Source of the DNA: the human T2T-CHM13v2.0 reference genome, Homo sapiens
Direction: 5' to 3' (one strand)
Assembly: GCF_009914755.1 (NCBI RefSeq)
Contig: NC_060928.1
DNA length: 64,000 bases
The notes beneath the pieces are model-generated. The model searched no databases, was not told the origin of the DNA, and saw only the letters and a program-made list of their open reading frames with translations. The position numbers and the translations under genes are program-made. Numbering within the stretch: the first letter of the stretch is position 1; the number at the start of each line of letters is the position of its first letter. Shown here piece after piece: positions 56,411 to 64,000 of the stretch.

Positions 56411-56835
56411 CTATGGAAGATTTACAATGATTAAATTGTCAGAATTTCTATATTCAAGACTTACAGGAACACAGCTACTGAATACCATAACAAATGCTAT
56501 TTTGTGAAGTGTTTAAATTTTTAGGTTTCTGAAATATCCTTTCCATTTATAGATGTTTCATAAAGAAGATCTGAAGTTCCCACTCCAAAATTGGCCCTTT
56601 TGGTTAGTTAAGAAGATGAGGGTATTGTCTAACAAAGAGTTCTCACTGAATAATAATCTCTGGAATGGAGGGAAGGAAACTTCATAATGCTGTAAGAGAT
56701 TATTTCATCTGATAAGCTACAATAATTATAACATTGTAAGACAGACTCAAAAGAAAAACTTAAAGCCATTTATCAATATTAGCTGAAGACACAATTATTA
56801 TGAATACTTTGTATATGTTGATGAACACCTATTTA

Positions 56836-57333
56836 TGTTGATCCAAATGGCCTTAACATTCCCCAGAGTTTGACTAAATTTTAGACAGGCTTCTTCCTGA
56901 CTATAGGCCTCTGACCTCCCTTTTCTTAGAATATTTACTTCAGAAAACTTGTAAATTCTTTCTCTGTTCTTATGAAATGTAAATCTCTCAATCTCTTGCC
57001 AGTTCTGCAATACAGGAATGTTTTTCTCAAGGACCTGAGGGCTGTCCTTTTGAAATGGAGTTATCAAGAAATATAGGGCTCCTATTCTCTCCCTCACTAA
57101 GGGAGGGTAGGAGCCTAACTTCAATAAGTACCAGTAAGCAAGCACAGATGCCCACATTGACCAAGCTCCCCCTAAGACCCTCCAGGACTTCTTTTCTAGC
57201 TCATCCCAGTGTTGAAAACTCTCTCACCTTTTGTTACAGTAGAATTGAGTTCAATCTGTTTCCCTATTACAATACTCTTGAATAAAGTCTTCCTTTGCTT
57301 GTTTTACTTATCTCATGCAATTATTTTTTGACA
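56836..57333 (+). mobile_element. ERV1 solo LTR (MER31-like)
   Basis: TGTTG...TTGACA termini, TTAGACAGGCTTCTTCCTGACTATAGGCC motif, and AATAAA at about 57281. Confidence 0.75.
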
Positions 57334-57804
57334 ATTCTTTCTTTGATTTTATATCTTTCCAATTTTTTGTTTAAATATTTATTATTTATTTTTGTTAGTA
57401 ATGGATTAACAACTTCTGCTGTACATCAAATTATTTTATACTTAGTATATTAGTAACACAAATCTAACAAAATGCAACGTGTTTTTATGATCCTAAGTGA
57501 TGAGATAGCGCACAGATGAGATTCACTCAGGTGTTAAGATTTGGTGTAAAATGTTCCCTGAATGAATGAATTCTAGTAGAAGAAAATTTGGGAGCCATTA
57601 GGTTCGGAGAGGCTATTTTGGAGCAGGAGGTTTTAGAGGTTAGAAAGGATGTTCCCAGTGTGACAGCACTGTTGAGTGCAGCATGGAATTGCAAGTTTAG
57701 TATTAAGTAAACTACAGAAATTTTTGCTACTGGATTGTAAAATAGAAACGAAATGCAATATGTTTCTATTCAGGAATGTTCTGACGGCTTCCATATTAAA
57801 TAGA

Positions 57805-58050
57805 GCATAGGTGAGTAATAGAAAGCATAGGATTTCAAGTCAAAATAAACAGTTTGAATGTCAGCTTTGCCACTGACTAACTGAACAATTCTGAGGAAAT
57901 TACTTAACTTCTTTGAATCTTTTTCCTTATCATTGAAATGGAGATAATAATAACCACCTCAGAAAGTTTTTGGGAGGACTAAATGCGGAAATGCAAGTGC
58001 CTGGATTAGAACAAGGCCCCAGTAAATGTAAATATTTACTCAGTTACTTT
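57805..58050 (+). mobile_element. MIR
   Basis: TTACTTAACTTCTTTGAATC...AAATGGAGATAATAATA MIR core. Confidence 0.7.
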
Positions 58051-58139
58051 GATCCTAGTAAGATACAGGATTTAATTTCTACTCTCAAAGATCTTCCAGG
58101 TTTTCTGGGAAATAAATCAAATAAAAATATCAGGAATGC

Positions 58140-58590
58140 ATTTGTGAATTCAATAAATTTTTATTGAGTACCTAATATTTTCCAGCCACTCTTCAAAGCT
58201 TGGGGAATATAGCAGTGATCCATGCAGACAAGATCCCTGTCCACACAGACAGACTTCACATTCTAGTGGGAGTAACAGACAACATACAAATGTAAAACGA
58301 AATGTTTAATTTCTGATAGTGGTAAATGGTATAAATAAAAATACATTAGGAAAATTACACAGATATTGGTAACAAGGGCCAAGGTAGGGAGACATTACTT
58401 AAATCATGTGTTCAAGGGGTGACCCTTTGAAGGCCATTTGAGGAGAGACCTGAACCAAGTGAGGGAACAAACTGTATAAAGGTCTACAGGGGAAGAGCAT
58501 TCCATGAGAAAAAAATATTTAGGGTAAAGATCCTGAAGTAGAACAAACTTGGCATGTTGAAGAAATAGAAAGAAGCCAGTGGACAATGAG
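58140..58590 (-). mobile_element. L2 3' end
   Basis: TTTATTGAGTACCTA...CAGACAAGATCCCTGTCC. Confidence 0.7.
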
Positions 58591-60349
58591 TGTGCTTTCT
58601 AAATTGGTAAGAAAGAAATCTTTAATTACATGAAACAACATTTATGAAATCATTGTCTAAAAGTAGTTGCACACAAAATACATTAGTTCAACATAAGCTT
58701 TTATGGGTAATTTTTGTGCTAGATCCTGGAAGTATATTTAAAATATATGAAATTGTCTTTGCTATCATAAAGTCTATGGTCTAGTATTACATTTTCATCA
58801 TTATTAATCTTTATAGTTTATTTATGCTAAATTTTGACTACAATCTAGCCAAATCTAATAGCAGAGCTTGGAATGGGGCTTTACTGTATTTGATAGAAAA
58901 AAAAGAAAGTACAGACTGTGTAGTGCAATGCTCTTTTTGAGGTCATAGAATTATATACAGGTCTATAAGAGGACCTAAGACGTAATCATCGTTTTTAAGT
59001 TTCAAGTTTTTAAGACAAGCCTCCAAGTCAATTTTGAATATTTTACAATAAGGAAAAATGTTAGAAGTTAAATATGATTTACTAGGACTTATAAAAATCA
59101 TGGCTGAATGGGGACTTAACTAAATGATAGCCTTCTCTTGTTTCTATACATTTATGTTTAGTTTTATAGAGTATTTTAAATATTTGTATGTACTTTGTAT
59201 ATAGTTGAGAATTGAATGAAAAAGATTTACAGAAAAAGGGAAATCAAGATTATTGAAAAAGTGGAATCAATAAGAAGAAAGTGAATATTAGTGTTAGCAT
59301 AATTTACTAATTATTATATACATTTCATATAATAATTTAATACATGTGTGACTTAAGATAAGCCAGTAGAACCAAAAATACAGAAGAGTATTAAAGGCAT
59401 ATCTAAGGCCAGAAATCCTGCAGCTGCAAATGCTTAAAGAAACAATTTTGTAGACTGACAATCTATAGGAGCATATCCAAGAATTCTTAATAGAGGTGAT
59501 CATTCATTCAACAAACATTTATTGAGTAAGCAAGACAGTAGATGAAAATCTAAAATCTGTACAGCTCTCTACATAACACATTCACATATATCATTCCATT
59601 TAATACTTGTTTCAATCCTGTGAGGTGTGTATTCTTATGAGGAGATATTCCCCTATGATTTCTTCAAGGAGTTTTACAGTTTCAGGTCTTAGGTGAGAGC
59701 TTTGACCCACTTTAAGTTAATTTTTGTGATTTTGTGGTATAAGATATGAGTCTAATTTCACTATTTTGCCTGTGGACATTTAGATTTCCTAACACCAGAC
59801 AGATAAACTCTTATATAAACATTAAATACCAAAACCAGAAATTCAAAAGACTTAACATAAATGACCTAGGTCATTTATTAGTAGGTAGAAATGCTGGATG
59901 TGAAACCCAGATTCTTCAGCAACACATTCCCTGACCTTTCCAGTACACGATGTTAACTTTCCTATTCGTCTTCACAAGGTCAATACTGTATAGGGCATTC
60001 TTCTTCCTATAACCTTAATTTTATTTGATTAAGAGTTATTTTTATCACCAAAAAAAAAGAAAAGGCTAAATATCTTATATAATGTTTTGGATCCAAGTGC
60101 CAAGTAGCATACATGTGGTGGAGGGAGAGAATGATATTGAAGAGAGGAGGGAAGTGGGAAAATTCATTTTAATATGTTGAACAGTAAAAGGGTAAAGCAA
60201 GAGAATGAGAGGAGGGGAAAAGTGGTAACAGGGCAACAAAAGACGTAGGCACATACTGTGGAAATTTCTTTTGTTTGCTGTATTTTGCAAGTAGCTTTGG
60301 TTATTTTAGTCTGTAAAAATATTACCCAGAGAAAAGCATGATAATCCCA

Positions 60350-62420
<2,071 letters not shown>

Positions 62421-62584
62421 CTGACTGACTGACCCAGAAATATACAGACAACTACTTTTGAAGCACAAATCCATGCTATCTGAGAGTCATAATGAATTGG
62501 CAAGCTGCTTCATAACATGTCACTTTCTCACTTATCACATCACCTTTCATGCTAAGTAATAAAATGTTTTTAAGGTATAATGGG

Positions 62585-62720
62585 GAAATGTACAAGCTTG
62601 GGTATCAGGAAGACTTAGGTTTGAATTCTAACTCTGCATTGACTCAGTTACATCATTTAGAAAATAAAGAAATGTTTCCTTCTTTTCACAGTTATTCAGA
62701 TCATGTGTGATACATATTTA
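62585..62720 (+). mobile_element. MIR fragment
   Basis: AGACTTAGGTTTGAATTCTAACTCTGCA. Confidence 0.5.
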
Positions 62721-64000
62721 CATTATAAAAATTTCCTCCCTCCTTCCTTCCCCCCGGTCTCTTTCTTTTTTCCCACTTCCTTCTCCTCTTCCTATATGAT
62801 TTAGAACGTGTTTTTGCAAAGGAAGGTGTAAAAGAAGAAGAAGAAAGAGGAACATATCCACATATTAATTTTAAAATGTCTCCTTGTACAGCTTAAAAAT
62901 CACACTGTCTGGTTTGGAAAGTGATCTTAGGGTTCATCTAGTCTCCTCTATGATGTTTCAATATCCTCTATAATTTCCCAGCACAGTTATTGTCCAGCTT
63001 ATGCTTAAACAGCTCTCGCAAGGAAAATTCTACCCCTAATACTATCTAGCCACCAAAAAGTATTATAAATTATGTATCAGACCATGTACAATTGTAGCAT
63101 CAGCTAATATTAAAAATAGTTTTCAAAGTACAGAAAATTCATTAAATTAGTGAGTCCCTTTAAAAGGAAAACTTCAAGTATTTTGCAATTTATCAAGACC
63201 TCTAAGGTTGTATTTTTACTGATATTTTTAAAATAAATTCTGATAACATCAAACCTATAAAAGGTTCATCACAGACCAAATACCTCCCTAACCTTTTAAG
63301 CTTTCACAGTAAAAACTGTCTTTTTTATTTATATAAGTTTGAGAAATATACAAATGTAATCATAACCCCCAAAGCAAAATTTTATGGCAATTTTCAGAAC
63401 TCTTCACTATAAAAACTACTCAAACCTACAAACATAAAAGTTTCCAATAAAATTTGTTTTAGATACTGGCAATAAAACACTCTTTGCTTGCCTCTTAACT
63501 CCAAATTTTGGAGCCACAGCTGTCCAAATGCCAAAGATATATTCTACCTCTCCCAGATACACATACACCAAACTTTTAATCTCTCCCAAATGAAAACACC
63601 AACTATTATTAGTTATTAAACATCACTAATATTTCATACTTAGCAAATGTGTATTAATGGAAATAAAAGCAAAAATAGGTCCTAGTAAAGAAATCACAAT
63701 GAAAATGATACATAAATCACTAATGTATCTTTAAGCAACTACATTTTACTTTTAAAATAATGTCCTCATGCTTTCACCCAAAAATGTTTGTGATTTTGAA
63801 CCCTGAGTACGTTTCATAATTAAAATGTAAATAATAAGGGACAAAAATGTGCATGTAAACATTGAAGTGATTCATATTGGAAGGTCTTCTGAAATTATGT
63901 GTATGTGCTACATTAAGGGCATTTGGAAAGCTGATTTCCCTCCCATTCTGGTCCTACCAATACCACTGGAAGGTACTACCAGTGGTTTCAGCACCCAGAA

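Noticed and set aside
63962-63986. ACCACTGG-n9-CCAGTGGT hairpin
   Set aside because: An 8-bp stem is expected by chance in 64 kb, and it sits at the window edge without context.

Overview
Human, AT-rich, repeat-dense intergenic or intronic DNA. No supportable cellular protein-coding exon, RNA gene or prokaryote-type system was found. The main feature is a full-length, human-specific L1HS element of Ta-0 type (+, 22241-28292) with a 17-bp TSD. Its ORF1 and ORF0 are intact, and its full-length ORF2 frame is broken only by a nonsense codon at codon 6. It ends in an interrupted A16-CATT-A15-G tail. The window also holds a full-length old L1PB (-, 7406-14896) with a solo HERV-H LTR7 inserted in its 5'UTR, many solo LTRs (LTR28/LTR1-like, MER54-like, MER4, MER92-like, MLT2A1, MST, MER31-like), seven Alus, a hAT-Charlie transposase fossil, and L1M, L2 and MIR fragments. 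Less obvious observations are two different LTRs integrated at essentially the same nucleotide, a probable ancient 3' transduction, and several templated-insertion or fold-back scars. Repeat subfamily names come from recalled consensus sequences, not from a database search. I found no evidence of a new biological system.
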